Below, one piece after another: positions 47,521-57,023 of a stretch of 64,000 bases of DNA. The first letter of the stretch is position 1. Every line of letters begins with the position of its first letter. The stretch comes from an uncultured Chlamydiae bacterium (GTDB lineage Bacteria > Chlamydiota > Chlamydiia > Chlamydiales > SM23-39). A model generated the notes under the pieces. That model was not told the origin of the DNA, searched no databases, and saw only the letters and a program-made list of their open reading frames with translations. The position numbers were made by a program, and so were the translations under genes. The stretch covers positions 640,001 to 704,000 of the forward strand of contig CAWHDP010000002.1 in NCBI GenBank assembly GCA_963828125.1. Reading direction: 5' to 3'.

Positions 47521-48081
47521 ATGTCCATCACAACCCCCGGCCTTCTCCTTCAAACGATCCCTTATCTCGGCGAAAAAAAAATCCTAAAAATCTTTACCCC
47601 CGAACAAGGACTCCTCTCTCTTTTTGCCCGCAAAACAAAACTAGCCCCCTTCTGCCTTGCCGAGTGGATCTATCGGAAAACTGAAAAAGAGATCCATACA
47701 ATCCAAGACTCTACCCTCCTCGATCCCCTTCTTCACCTTCGCGACCACTACCATGTCCTCGTGGCAGCCGGCGCGATCGCAAGCGATCTTCTCAAAACCC
47801 AAATGCCTGGTAAAAAAGCCCCTGCACTCTTCGAGCTCGCCCTTTTTTACCTCAGAAAACTCTCTTCCGCACCCGATCTCTTCGTCGCCAGCTTCCGCCT
47901 CAAACTCCTCGTCCACGAGGGGCTCTTCTCCGAAACGCCCGACCCCAGCTTCTCCGCCCTGGAATGGGAAGAGGTCCATACCCTCGCCTTCTCCCGCAAA
48001 CTCTCAGCCATCCAAACTCTCCCCTCAGCGCCCCACGCCAAGATCCAACTCCTCTTCCACAAACGATTCAATGGAACATGA
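47521..48081 (+). CDS. recO: DNA repair protein RecO (short)
   Basis: GLLLQTIPYLGEKKILKIFTPEQG OB-fold start; FRLKLLVHEG; chlamydial synteny. Confidence 0.75.
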   Translation: MSITTPGLLLQTIPYLGEKKILKIFTPEQGLLSLFARKTKLAPFCLAEWIYRKTEKEIHTIQDSTLLDPLLHLRDHYHVLVAAGAIASDLLKTQMPGKKAPALFELALFYLRKLSSAPDLFVASFRLKLLVHEGLFSETPDPSFSALEWEEVHTLAFSRKLSAIQTLPSAPHAKIQLLFHKRFNGT

Positions 48082-48115
48082 TCAATGAACCCATCGCCCT
48101 CTTCCTCGCCGGCTA

Positions 48116-48134
48116 TTGGGGTGGCCGCAGTATA
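48116..48134. repeat. Half copy of the palindromic element
   Basis: TTGGGGTGGCCGCAGTATA. Confidence 0.75.
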
Positions 48135-48171
48135 ATAGGACTCTTCCTATTAGCGACGGGCGATCATTCCC

Positions 48172-48681
48172 TCAGTAGAGCCGATAGCGTTCAATATACT
48201 CCAACGTTTTTGCTGGCACGAGGTGAGCGCAGTACAGTTTTTTCTTTAATCTCATCCGGATCCCCGTACTCGATATCGGAATTTCGCGACGCCCAATCAA
48301 CGGCGGGGCTAACCTGACGAGCTCCTGAGTCTCTTTCCATTGATCGAGATGGGCGGCCGCCTCATCGGAGAGGAGGAGCCTGAATTCGACGCCTGGGGAT
48401 TGGAGAGCCCTGAGGGTATCGATCGTGTAAGAGGGCCCTCCTCGATCCAGCTCCAGGGTGGCAAGCTTGAATGCAGGGTGGTCAAGGGCCAATTGCAGCA
48501 TAGCGAGCCGTTGATCTGGCCTGGCGACAGGGGGCTCTGCTAGTTTAAAAGGGGAACAAAATGCAGGGCAGAACAACACCTCGTCAAGTCCATGCTCCTC
48601 CATCAATTGGATGGCAAAGGCAATGTGTCCAAAATGGATCGGATCGAACGTCCCGCCAAAAAAACCGATTCTCTTCCTCAT
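48172..48681 (-). CDS. nadD: Nicotinate-nucleotide adenylyltransferase
   Basis: GGTFDPIHFGH, SYTIDT and ISSTGIR motifs. Confidence 0.9.
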   Translation of the reverse strand: MRKRIGFFGGTFDPIHFGHIAFAIQLMEEHGLDEVLFCPAFCSPFKLAEPPVARPDQRLAMLQLALDHPAFKLATLELDRGGPSYTIDTLRALQSPGVEFRLLLSDEAAAHLDQWKETQELVRLAPPLIGRREIPISSTGIRMRLKKKLYCAHLVPAKTLEYIERYRLY

Positions 48682-50600
48682 AAATACAACAATTCTCTAT
48701 ATTTCGGCAAAGGCCAGAGAGCGCTGTCAACGACCCCCTCAAGCCGATCGACAATCGATCTCAGTTCATCCATTTTCGGACCGATTAATTCGGCGCAAAC
48801 CTTCCCTTTCCCCTCCCAGCCCAGGTCTTCAGTTTGCGACTGCAACCTGTTCAACTCTGCAGCCGTCCGGACAGCCTCTTCAATCAGCGGCTCTTGAATG
48901 CCGCGGAGCAGCATATCTTTTTGCGCGGCGGGCAGTATTTGTGTCTGGAAGAGTTCGATCATCAAATGGAGTTCAATCTGCACCGTTTTTACATACTGCT
49001 CGACAAAAATCTCGTAGCGGCTATGTAGCTCTTCCGGACTCAAGACGTCGCTAAAAACAGGGATCGTTTTTGGATCGATAAGTGAAGAAAAAGGGTCGAA
49101 GCTCTTTTGAATCTGGCCAGAATCGTGATTCCCGCCAAAAATCATATTTTTCGCTCCCCTCAAATGCTTTCGGAGCACGGGCAGAGCCCTAAAGAAAAGG
49201 GCCTCCCCCTCTAAAGCCCCATCGCCGACAGCGCCCGCTATTTCATCGAGAATGAGCTGCAAACTATCGGCGACAATCGCATTCATGACAGTCACCGGCA
49301 AGGGAGAGTGGGCCGAGCCGCCAACGGCGCGAAACTCAAATTGACGACCGGTGAATGCAAAGCACGGCGTCCGATTACGGGACAAACCGACATCTTGGCG
49401 GGGCGTTGCGAGCGGGCCGAGATCCATAGAGCGGAGCTCTGTCCCCCCCTTTTTTTCATGGATGATCTCCTCAATGATTTTCTCCAAAGCCTCGCCGAGA
49501 TAAACTGAGCCAACAGAACCAATGCTCGCATATAAAAGCTCCGCATGCTCATGGACAGCGCGGAGGATAGCGCTCAAAAGGGTGAAAAAAACAAGGTTAT
49601 TTCCCCGCGGATCGAGGAGATTTTGACCACCGTCCGTCGAGAGCGACCAGTGATTGTGTTGACCAGATCCGCTGATCCCCATGAACGGCTTGTCATGCAA
49701 TAGACAGACCAGATCGCGCTTCCATGCAAGGCCTCGCATCAGCTCCATTAAAAGCAAATTGTGATCCACCGCGACACTCGCCCGTTCAAACAACGGAGCC
49801 ACTTCATATTGGGCAAGAGCGGCCTCCTTATGCCAGGTCTTCACCGGAATGCTGAGACGGAGTGCAGCCTCTTCAACATCACCCATGTAGGCCATGACCT
49901 GCTCTTTCACCGCCCCCGAATGACGATCTTCCAACTCCTCCCCTTTCGGCGGCCTGGCGCCAAAAACGGTCCGACCCGCTAACACCAAATCAGACCTCAA
50001 CAAAAAAAGGTTCCGATCGATCACAAAGCACCCTTGCGCAACCCCAAGAATGGGAAAAACCTTATGAGCGGCCACCCCACACATCCGGAGGAGCCGAAGG
50101 GCAGCCCTGCCCAGTTTTTCTTCGGAGCGGAGGAGCGGGATTTTGTGATCGAGCGGCGCCCCCTTCCAAGAAAAAAAAAGGGCAGGGATACATAGAGTCA
50201 TCCCACCGCCCTCTTCCCATAAGAAGGGGAGAGCCTTTGGATCCCACACCGTATAACCGCGGGCCTCATGGCCAGGCTCACAGCGGAGGAGTTCTTTGCC
50301 CCGAAATTGTTGGATGACAGCCCCATGCGAGCCAAAGCTGAGGAAAGAGTCGTGCTGCTTGGCGCCCCCGTTCGTGAGGGGCTGGAACCAGTGGCTAAAA
50401 TGAGTCGCCCCATGCTGAAGGGCCCAATTTTTAAGAGCTTCAGCAATCACATCGGCATGAACAGGATCGAACTTCGCGTCCCCCTCTAGAACATCGAGCC
50501 AATTCTGAGCCACGCCTCTCGGAAGCTCTTGAATCAAGCTGCGATGAAACACCCGCGCGCCGAAGTGAGCCACTCGAGCCGCTGCCGACCTTCCGTTCAT
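48678..50600 (-). CDS. Glutamine synthetase type III homologue with degenerate active site
   Basis: HWFQPLT, EARGYT, FEFRAVG and WPLPKYRELL retained; catalytic motifs altered or deleted. Confidence 0.8.
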   Translation of the reverse strand: MNGRSAAARVAHFGARVFHRSLIQELPRGVAQNWLDVLEGDAKFDPVHADVIAEALKNWALQHGATHFSHWFQPLTNGGAKQHDSFLSFGSHGAVIQQFRGKELLRCEPGHEARGYTVWDPKALPFLWEEGGGMTLCIPALFFSWKGAPLDHKIPLLRSEEKLGRAALRLLRMCGVAAHKVFPILGVAQGCFVIDRNLFLLRSDLVLAGRTVFGARPPKGEELEDRHSGAVKEQVMAYMGDVEEAALRLSIPVKTWHKEAALAQYEVAPLFERASVAVDHNLLLMELMRGLAWKRDLVCLLHDKPFMGISGSGQHNHWSLSTDGGQNLLDPRGNNLVFFTLLSAILRAVHEHAELLYASIGSVGSVYLGEALEKIIEEIIHEKKGGTELRSMDLGPLATPRQDVGLSRNRTPCFAFTGRQFEFRAVGGSAHSPLPVTVMNAIVADSLQLILDEIAGAVGDGALEGEALFFRALPVLRKHLRGAKNMIFGGNHDSGQIQKSFDPFSSLIDPKTIPVFSDVLSPEELHSRYEIFVEQYVKTVQIELHLMIELFQTQILPAAQKDMLLRGIQEPLIEEAVRTAAELNRLQSQTEDLGWEGKGKVCAELIGPKMDELRSIVDRLEGVVDSALWPLPKYRELLYL

Positions 50601-50659
50601 AGAAAAACTCCCATCCCCACAGTGATGGCATCTTCTCAGAACGGAATCCGATTGTCAAG

Positions 50660-52270
50660 CTATAATCCAGCGATCTTCTGCTCGATCTCTTCAATCGCGC
50701 TATTGGCTTTCTCCAAGCGCTCTCTCTCCTGACTGACGAGTTCCTGGTATTGCATCGCCTTATCGAAGTCGAGACCTGAGCCGCCACCCAGCGCTTTCCG
50801 GTAGACCTCCAGCTGCATTTTGATCTCTTGGCGCCGCTCCTTTCTCTGCTGTAATACGAGCTTTAAATTTTCCAGAGCCTTTTTATCATCCTCGCTTAAG
50901 TTCAAAAGGGAGTGCTCTTTTTTGTCAGCGATCAAATCCTTCACAGGGCGAAGAGACCGCTCCATCTGCTGCTTCTCCATCCTGGACACTTCCATCTGAT
51001 TGAGCCGGAGCTCAATCTCAGTAAATTCCGCCACGAGAGCCTCAAGCTCCATCTTCTCGCCTTGCTTGGCAAGCTGCGCAATCCGCTCTTTTAAGAGAGC
51101 CGTCTGTTCCCGTTTGACCCGAAGCTTTTCCTTCTCAGCCAGCTCGAGCTCCTTCGCCTTCTGTTCTTGGGCGGCTAAGTGGGGCTCCCTGAGCCGATAG
51201 AGCTCCTCCCTTAAATACCGGACGTCGTCGCGATGAAGGGGAACGAGGCGCATCTCCTCCGAGATCGCATCGATCTCTTTGTTGAGTTCACCCATCGGCA
51301 TGTCCAACGACTTCGCCTTGAGCTCATCGATTTTCGTCTGGATCCCCTGCCGCTGCTCAGAAGAGGCCTGCTTTTTCTCAAAAACCTCTTTTTTATGCTC
51401 TTTCTCCAGCACCTTGACTTTGTCCCAGCATTCGCTGAGCTTCAGGCGGGTCCGGGTAAAGACCGCGCTGTTCAGCGTAAAGACCTTGGCCATACTCTGC
51501 AACGCCTTGATCTCTTCGCGCAAAGCGTAATAAGGGGCGCCTACGATCTCATCGCCCTGGAAATGTTTTGCAATGAAAGCGTCGATATCTTTTTCAAATT
51601 CAGCACTGATCGACTCAATGAACTCCTTCCTCCTGGGAAAAATATGATCTCCCAGCTCAGAGAGCCGCTTGAAAAATTTGGTCTTGAAACGGATCCGCAT
51701 ATCGGTCTTGATGATCTCCTTGCGGAGACCGTTTAGACGGCTCGCCAACGTATTGAGTACGTTCAACTCGCGCTGGATCCGGTTGTACACATCCCCTTTC
51801 TGCTGAATTGTTTGAGACGCTTCAGGAAAAGAGATCTCCCCAGTTGAAGCAAGGAGTTGCGGAAACTGGACGACGTCGCTCTCAAGAGCCCTGATAGCCA
51901 GATCGATCTGCTCCATCGCGAAGGCGCTCTGCTCTTCAAGGATCTCCTTGAGGCGGCGAGCCTCGACGGTGAGCTCCACATACTCGTTCCAAAGTTTAGA
52001 GCGGATGGCTGCGTTCAAGTTCTCTTTGAAAAAAGGGAGTACAAGCCTTCTGGCCTCCCAAAACTCTCGAAAACGGGGACTCCCCTCTTGGGAGATGGAA
52101 CTGCGCATAAAAAGCAGTCCGTGGGCAATCTTCTCCTCCGGAGTCGGCAAGGAGGCGAGCTTTTCAGCGAATTCCCTGAAAAGGGAACTCTCTTCCCTAG
52201 CCTCGCGGGGGGAAGGTTCTTGTTGAGGATCGGTATCTGAAGAAACGGGAGAATCTGGGGTAGAAATCAT
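50660..52270 (-). CDS. Coiled-coil hypothetical protein
   Basis: Long E/K/L-rich helical ORF downstream of miaA. Confidence 0.7.
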   Translation of the reverse strand: MISTPDSPVSSDTDPQQEPSPREAREESSLFREFAEKLASLPTPEEKIAHGLLFMRSSISQEGSPRFREFWEARRLVLPFFKENLNAAIRSKLWNEYVELTVEARRLKEILEEQSAFAMEQIDLAIRALESDVVQFPQLLASTGEISFPEASQTIQQKGDVYNRIQRELNVLNTLASRLNGLRKEIIKTDMRIRFKTKFFKRLSELGDHIFPRRKEFIESISAEFEKDIDAFIAKHFQGDEIVGAPYYALREEIKALQSMAKVFTLNSAVFTRTRLKLSECWDKVKVLEKEHKKEVFEKKQASSEQRQGIQTKIDELKAKSLDMPMGELNKEIDAISEEMRLVPLHRDDVRYLREELYRLREPHLAAQEQKAKELELAEKEKLRVKREQTALLKERIAQLAKQGEKMELEALVAEFTEIELRLNQMEVSRMEKQQMERSLRPVKDLIADKKEHSLLNLSEDDKKALENLKLVLQQRKERRQEIKMQLEVYRKALGGGSGLDFDKAMQYQELVSQERERLEKANSAIEEIEQKIAGL

Positions 52271-52431
52271 ATTCACTAGCCTTGAAAAAAAATCAGAATG
52301 TATCAAACAGCTTATTCTATCCCCCCTTTTATTGAAAGACATTTATTTTTTTGAGCCGTTCCCGATGTAGCCGTTTTTGAAATTGTTCATCACTTTCCCC
52401 TGGCGGCGCCGTCATGAGTGTGTTCTCGTTT

Positions 52432-53433
52432 TTACTCCCCCTGCTCGAAATCTTGGAGGATCAGCTCTTTGAGCCTTTCTGGAGGGTGCTCCTCGATATT
52501 GAGCCAACGAAACTGGGGCTCTTTCCGGAACCAAGTAAATTGCCGCTTGGCATAATGGCGCGAGGCCTTTTTAAATTCTGAAATAAATTTTTGATAGTCC
52601 AGATCCGTTTGGGGACTCGAAAGAAAATCTAGCGCCTGTCGATACCCAATAGCCTGAGAGGCGCTCGGATTTTGGCGAATCCCCCGTTGTTCAAGCCCCT
52701 TCACCTCTTCGATCAGCCCTTTTTGGATCATTTCATCGCACCTCTTTTCGATCCGCGCATAGAGCCGCTCGCGCGGATAGTAGAGGAACCAACAGCGGAA
52801 ATCGTATGTCTCTTCCTGTAGCTTGTTGGACTTTCGAAAATCGGTGACCCTCTTTTCCGAGAGGGCCATGATCTCAAGACCGCGGATGATCTTATGCCGG
52901 TCAAATTCAGAAATCGTCGCGGCATATTCAGGATCAAACATCTGGAGCCTCTCGTAGAGAACCTCAGGTCCCTGCTCACGCATTTGACTCTCGAGCTGTT
53001 CTCGCACCCCTCGATTCGAAGGGGGGCCCTCTGGCGGGCCGTAGAGGAGGGCATGGATATAAAATCCCGAGCCGCCGACTACGATCGGGACATTTTCGCG
53101 AGCCAGGATATCCTCGAATGCCTCCTGAACGTGTTTATAAAATTCGGCCACATTAAAGACCGACCCGATCTCGCAGATATCAATGAGGTGGTGGGCAATG
53201 AGAGCCCTCTCCTCAGGAAGAGCTTTTGCTGTACCGACGTCCATTCCGCGATAGACCTGCATTGAATCGGCCGAGATGATCTCTCCGCCGACGGCAGCCG
53301 CAATCGAGAGAGAGAGTTGGGTCTTTCCCGAGGCGGTAGGCCCCGCAATGACAAGAACCCGCTTCTTCCTCCCTTTAGGAAGAACCCTCTGTTTTTGGGG
53401 AATAGGACGGCGAGACAGTAGCGCTTGTTTCAC
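52432..53433 (-). CDS. miaA: tRNA dimethylallyltransferase
   Basis: GPTASGKT, DSMQVYRGMDVGTAK and YAKRQFTWF motifs. Confidence 0.96.
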   Translation of the reverse strand: MKQALLSRRPIPQKQRVLPKGRKKRVLVIAGPTASGKTQLSLSIAAAVGGEIISADSMQVYRGMDVGTAKALPEERALIAHHLIDICEIGSVFNVAEFYKHVQEAFEDILARENVPIVVGGSGFYIHALLYGPPEGPPSNRGVREQLESQMREQGPEVLYERLQMFDPEYAATISEFDRHKIIRGLEIMALSEKRVTDFRKSNKLQEETYDFRCWFLYYPRERLYARIEKRCDEMIQKGLIEEVKGLEQRGIRQNPSASQAIGYRQALDFLSSPQTDLDYQKFISEFKKASRHYAKRQFTWFRKEPQFRWLNIEEHPPERLKELILQDFEQGE

Positions 53434-53777
53434 TTGCAGAACTGCAGAGCCTCTTTTTCCGACGGACAGACATGGAGGATTTTATCAAAGCCCGCCATCT
53501 TGAGGACCTCTAGCGACTCCTCAGGCACTGAGAAGAGGATCAAAGCCCCCCTCTTCATTTTGAGTTTTTTCGTGGCAGACAATAAAACCCGCATTCCGGC
53601 ACTGCTCAAATAATCAACCCGAGTGAAATCGAGGAGCAGACGGATCCGATCCTCGTCAATCAAGCCGTTGATTTTCCTCTCTAAAATAGGCGCTGAAGCA
53701 GCGTCCAGCCGCCCATCAATCCGGAGGATGACTTGATATTCAATCTCCTCTAGTTCAATCCGCAAACCGATACCCAT
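53430..53777 (-). CDS. rsbV: STAS anti-sigma factor antagonist
   Basis: GRLDA and DYLSSAGMRVLL motifs. Confidence 0.88.
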   Translation of the reverse strand: MGIGLRIELEEIEYQVILRIDGRLDAASAPILERKINGLIDEDRIRLLLDFTRVDYLSSAGMRVLLSATKKLKMKRGALILFSVPEESLEVLKMAGFDKILHVCPSEKEALQFCK

Positions 53778-53785
53778 AAAACCTC

Positions 53786-54016
53786 TTATTGGACGATTTC
53801 TAAATGGATGCGCCGCCCGAGCCTTGCCCCAATCGTCATTGCGAGCGTTCGGAGGGATCGGATCACATTGCCTTTGCGACCCACAACCTTGCCCACATCC
53901 TCAGGAGCTACGCGGATCTCAATCAAAAGGCCGCTCTGGCCCTCCATGGAACGGATATCGACTTGATCAGGGGCATTGACCATATTTTTGACTAAGTAAG
54001 CGACAAATTCTTCCAT
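53786..54016 (-). CDS. KH-domain RNA-binding protein (KhpA-like)
   Basis: DVGKVVGRKGNVIRSLRT motif. Confidence 0.88.
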   Translation of the reverse strand: MEEFVAYLVKNMVNAPDQVDIRSMEGQSGLLIEIRVAPEDVGKVVGRKGNVIRSLRTLAMTIGARLGRRIHLEIVQ

Positions 54017-54152
54017 ATGTTGACTCCTATGAGTGAGAGCATAAGAAAAGGGGCTATTGAATTCAATTCTTTAAGCTCAAATATTTTTCTGTACAAAAAA
54101 ATTCACAAAATCTTTACTATTCCCCCTCAACCAATTCCAGAGGAGGAAGATC

Positions 54153-54536
54153 ATGGTGCCAGGAAGCGCATCCGTCGAACAAAATCCGTACCAATCTCTG
54201 CAGAGAGCATGCAAACAAAAACACATTGAAAACGGGGTATACGGATCTAAATTGATCACTGTAGCCCTTCTGATCGCCTCTCTGATCCCCACCCTCTTAT
54301 TGGGTCCTCTGATTGGGATCCCCTTGGGAGCCGCCCTCTATTTTTTAGCAGGCGAGCGGGCGCACAGCTATTACAATGAAGTGAGAAATCAAGACTTCAG
54401 ACAGATAGAGCAGGCCCTCGATACAGCTGTTTTTCAACACCATCTAGATGCAGCCGGCCAGGTATCCATAGACAACATCCTCGCAATCTATAAGCAATTT
54501 GTGCAAACAGTGATGACTCCGACTGAGTGCACGTGA
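54153..54536 (+). CDS. Small Inc-like protein with a bilobed hydrophobic segment
   Basis: LITVALLIASLIPTLLLGPLIGIPLGAALYFLA; GAGGA upstream. Confidence 0.5.
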   Translation: MVPGSASVEQNPYQSLQRACKQKHIENGVYGSKLITVALLIASLIPTLLLGPLIGIPLGAALYFLAGERAHSYYNEVRNQDFRQIEQALDTAVFQHHLDAAGQVSIDNILAIYKQFVQTVMTPTECT

Positions 54537-54578
54537 GAGACTGTCATTGAACTGGACGTTGGCCATTTATCGCTGATC

Positions 54579-54660
54579 TATACTGCGGCCACCCCAAAAG
54601 TGTGAATTTGGGCAGCGTCAAAGCTGCCCAAATTCACACTTTTGGGGTGGCCGCAGTATA
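54579..54660. repeat. Long 82-bp form of the palindromic element
   Basis: Perfect 38-bp arms TATACTGCGGCCACCCCAAAAGTGTGAATTTGGGCAGC around loop GTCAAA. Confidence 0.92.
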
Positions 54661-54719
54661 AAATTCGTCCCATCCGTTTTAGCATGACGTTGTCGGCGGG
54701 TCTGTATCCTTCCGAGGTG

Positions 54720-55490
54720 TTACTGAGATGCGGTGAAATGCGTTGCTTTGTCAGGTTGTTTGTATCGGCGCATCCATTTATCAGCTTTTGCCTGTGATTG
54801 TGCCGCTCCTATTCCGCCTTGATAACATTGGCTTACTGCATATTGCGCCAGTTTGTGTTTGCGGCATGCAGCGTGTAGGAAGCGTTTAAGAGCCTGGTCG
54901 GCATCGAGTTGGCTGCGATCTTTGTGCCATAGGTCTGCGTGATGCATTCCCAATTGATAGTACGCCTCAGCATTTCCTAGTCTGGCGTATTTCCGTAAGC
55001 GCTTTTCTGCTTGGGTGGATCCGTGCTGCATGGCGAGTACATACCATTTAACGCTCTCACGATCTGAGATGACCCTCGTCGCACCCTCCTGTTCGGCTGC
55101 GCAAATGCGCGCAAAGGGACTCTCGGCCTGTGCTGCAGCATTCCACCAACGCTCCACATCAGCCCTATCACACTTGTGCTGGACATAAAAGTCGAATATT
55201 TTTACTTGAGCCTCTAGAGAGCCTTTTTTTGCGGCGTCCTTTAGACCGTCCATTGAAGGGGGAGGCTTAGGAATATGAATGGGGTTGTGGGAAGGCCCCT
55301 GGACATTGGATAATTCGCGGGAGAATAGAGCCTTGGAGAGTGTCTCAACCACGCGGACTATAAGAGGAGGACTGGGTACAGGTTGAGGACTTATCCCCTT
55401 GGACTCTGGTTCGTCGCAGCCGTTCTGGTTTGGCATGTGGGGCACGGATAAAACATTCGGAAATGAAATATTTTTATTCATAAAAACCAT
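54720..55490 (-). CDS. SEL1-like repeat protein with a Pro-rich N-terminus
   Basis: GNAEAYYQLG, AQYAVSQCYQGGIG and AAKKGSLEAQ. Confidence 0.7.
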   Translation of the reverse strand: MVFMNKNISFPNVLSVPHMPNQNGCDEPESKGISPQPVPSPPLIVRVVETLSKALFSRELSNVQGPSHNPIHIPKPPPSMDGLKDAAKKGSLEAQVKIFDFYVQHKCDRADVERWWNAAAQAESPFARICAAEQEGATRVISDRESVKWYVLAMQHGSTQAEKRLRKYARLGNAEAYYQLGMHHADLWHKDRSQLDADQALKRFLHAACRKHKLAQYAVSQCYQGGIGAAQSQAKADKWMRRYKQPDKATHFTASQ

Positions 55491-55572
55491 TTTTTATTAG
55501 TATTGATTTTAAGTTGCGTTTTTATTTATTGTCAATTGTATTTGTTGTTTGGCTCGGAACTATAATGGTAGA

Positions 55573-55600
55573 TATACCGGCCACCCCAGTTTTTTGGGTG
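55573..55600. repeat. Degenerate copy of the palindromic element
   Basis: TATACCGGCCACCCCAGTTTTTTGGGTG. Confidence 0.5.
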
Positions 55601-55671
55601 AAATCTCAGGATAGAAGAGTTTGATGAAACTGAACCATGGCCAATGTCCAGTTAAAAAAAATACTAATAAT

Positions 55672-55719
55672 TATACTGCGGCCACCCCAAATTCACACTT
55701 TTGGGGTGGCCGCAGTATA
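55672..55719. repeat. 48-bp palindromic element copy
   Basis: TATACTGCGGCCACCCCAAATTCACACTTTTGGGGTGGCCGCAGTATA. Confidence 0.9.
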
Positions 55720-55748
55720 GATGGACTGAGCAAACAATGCAAAGTTTG

Positions 55749-56924
55749 TCACACCCTAGCAGCAGCTCGCCGCATGGCATAAACCTCATCTGTAGCCGTA
55801 AGAAATAGACAGGACTTCAGATCTTTTTGAAAAGGTTGCTTTACGCCTTGCACAGGGCCAATTGTCGGCATGCCAAAGATCTGTGGCAATAACGTGAATT
55901 CAACCTGAATCGAATAGATTTCTTGGATCTTTTTTGCCAAATCTTTTCCCCTTTCGGGGAATCCCGACAAGTTGATGCTGCGTCTGTCTTCCTGTTTTTT
56001 TCTTAGAAGTGCTATGATGCACCCGCGTTCAACGTACATAACCCCTCCAGGTTTTAATGCCTGGATAAACTCTCCTAACAACCCGATTCTTTGATCGCTG
56101 AGGTCTTGCGATTGCCCAAGATGCTGCATTGGATAGACAAGGGAAAATGTTGCAACAATTACATCGCAATTTGAGATATTTTCTGGCAATTTATGCAACC
56201 CCATGTTAAATTGAATTGTAACAATGTCACAATTAACAGCGGAACCTGACAATAACAGTTTACAGATTTTTTGATAATCCCCTGAGTCTATTGTTCCAAA
56301 TGTTTTGTTATTTTCATCGAACCATGTGGCCGTAATATTTGCCTTTGATACATCCTGGTCAATACTCTTTACAGCATCGAGCACCTCTTGATTGCAATCC
56401 AGCACAAACAAAGTTGAATGATTCCATATTCGCGACGCCTCCGCCACCTGAGGACAATGATCTACGCCTGCTGCATCCGTGCATTTTCCAGGTCCCAAAA
56501 TCAGTACCTTCTTATTCGGGCCAGTTAGGCCCTGCCCTTGAGCATGAACCCACATGTTCAAAAATCGGAAATATCCAGTTGCCGTAGGGGGATTGGGCCA
56601 ATCAGAGGAAACAGGTTCCGCCATTTTATGTTCGGATCGTTCCCGAATAGAGGTCATTTGCGAGTTGGCGCCCTGTGGAACCGAGCGCCCCATAAACTGG
56701 GTGTATGCCGTTCGGCATGTACTGGCCAAACGGGCCACTCCACCGTCCCCACACCATTCCTCTATCTGTTTACACAGGCTATCATCAGGGAAGTCAGACG
56801 TCCACCCATTTGGAGTACCAGATCCAACTTGAGATCGTCGATCACCAGAAGGCGTAACGGCTGACAAAATGACACCCCCACTTATTTTTCGAGAGATTTT
56901 ACCACAAAGCTTATTACATATCAA
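55749..56924 (-). CDS. Class I SAM-methyltransferase-like protein with a possible N-terminal F-box
   Basis: VLILGPG, FVLDCNQEVL, CDVIVATFSLVY and LKPGGVMYV; SDFPDDSL...LASTCR. Confidence 0.55.
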   Translation of the reverse strand: MICNKLCGKISRKISGGVILSAVTPSGDRRSQVGSGTPNGWTSDFPDDSLCKQIEEWCGDGGVARLASTCRTAYTQFMGRSVPQGANSQMTSIRERSEHKMAEPVSSDWPNPPTATGYFRFLNMWVHAQGQGLTGPNKKVLILGPGKCTDAAGVDHCPQVAEASRIWNHSTLFVLDCNQEVLDAVKSIDQDVSKANITATWFDENNKTFGTIDSGDYQKICKLLLSGSAVNCDIVTIQFNMGLHKLPENISNCDVIVATFSLVYPMQHLGQSQDLSDQRIGLLGEFIQALKPGGVMYVERGCIIALLRKKQEDRRSINLSGFPERGKDLAKKIQEIYSIQVEFTLLPQIFGMPTIGPVQGVKQPFQKDLKSCLFLTATDEVYAMRRAAARV

Positions 56925-56934
56925 TTGAAGTAAG

Positions 56935-56957
56935 TTCAGTCCCCTTCGGGGACTGAA
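56935..56957. terminator. Hairpin, probable terminator downstream of the cell-wall operon
   Basis: TTCAGTCCCC-TTC-GGGGACTGAA followed by a T-run on the + strand. Confidence 0.55.
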
Positions 56958-57023
56958 TTTTTACATTATTAAATGGGAGGGTTGCCAACAGGGCCATGAA
57001 CTTACGCTTATGCGGAGCTCCCT

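Noticed and set aside
9235..55719. Palindromic repeats as a CRISPR array
   Set aside because: Copies are dispersed, not regularly spaced with spacers, and no cas genes are present.
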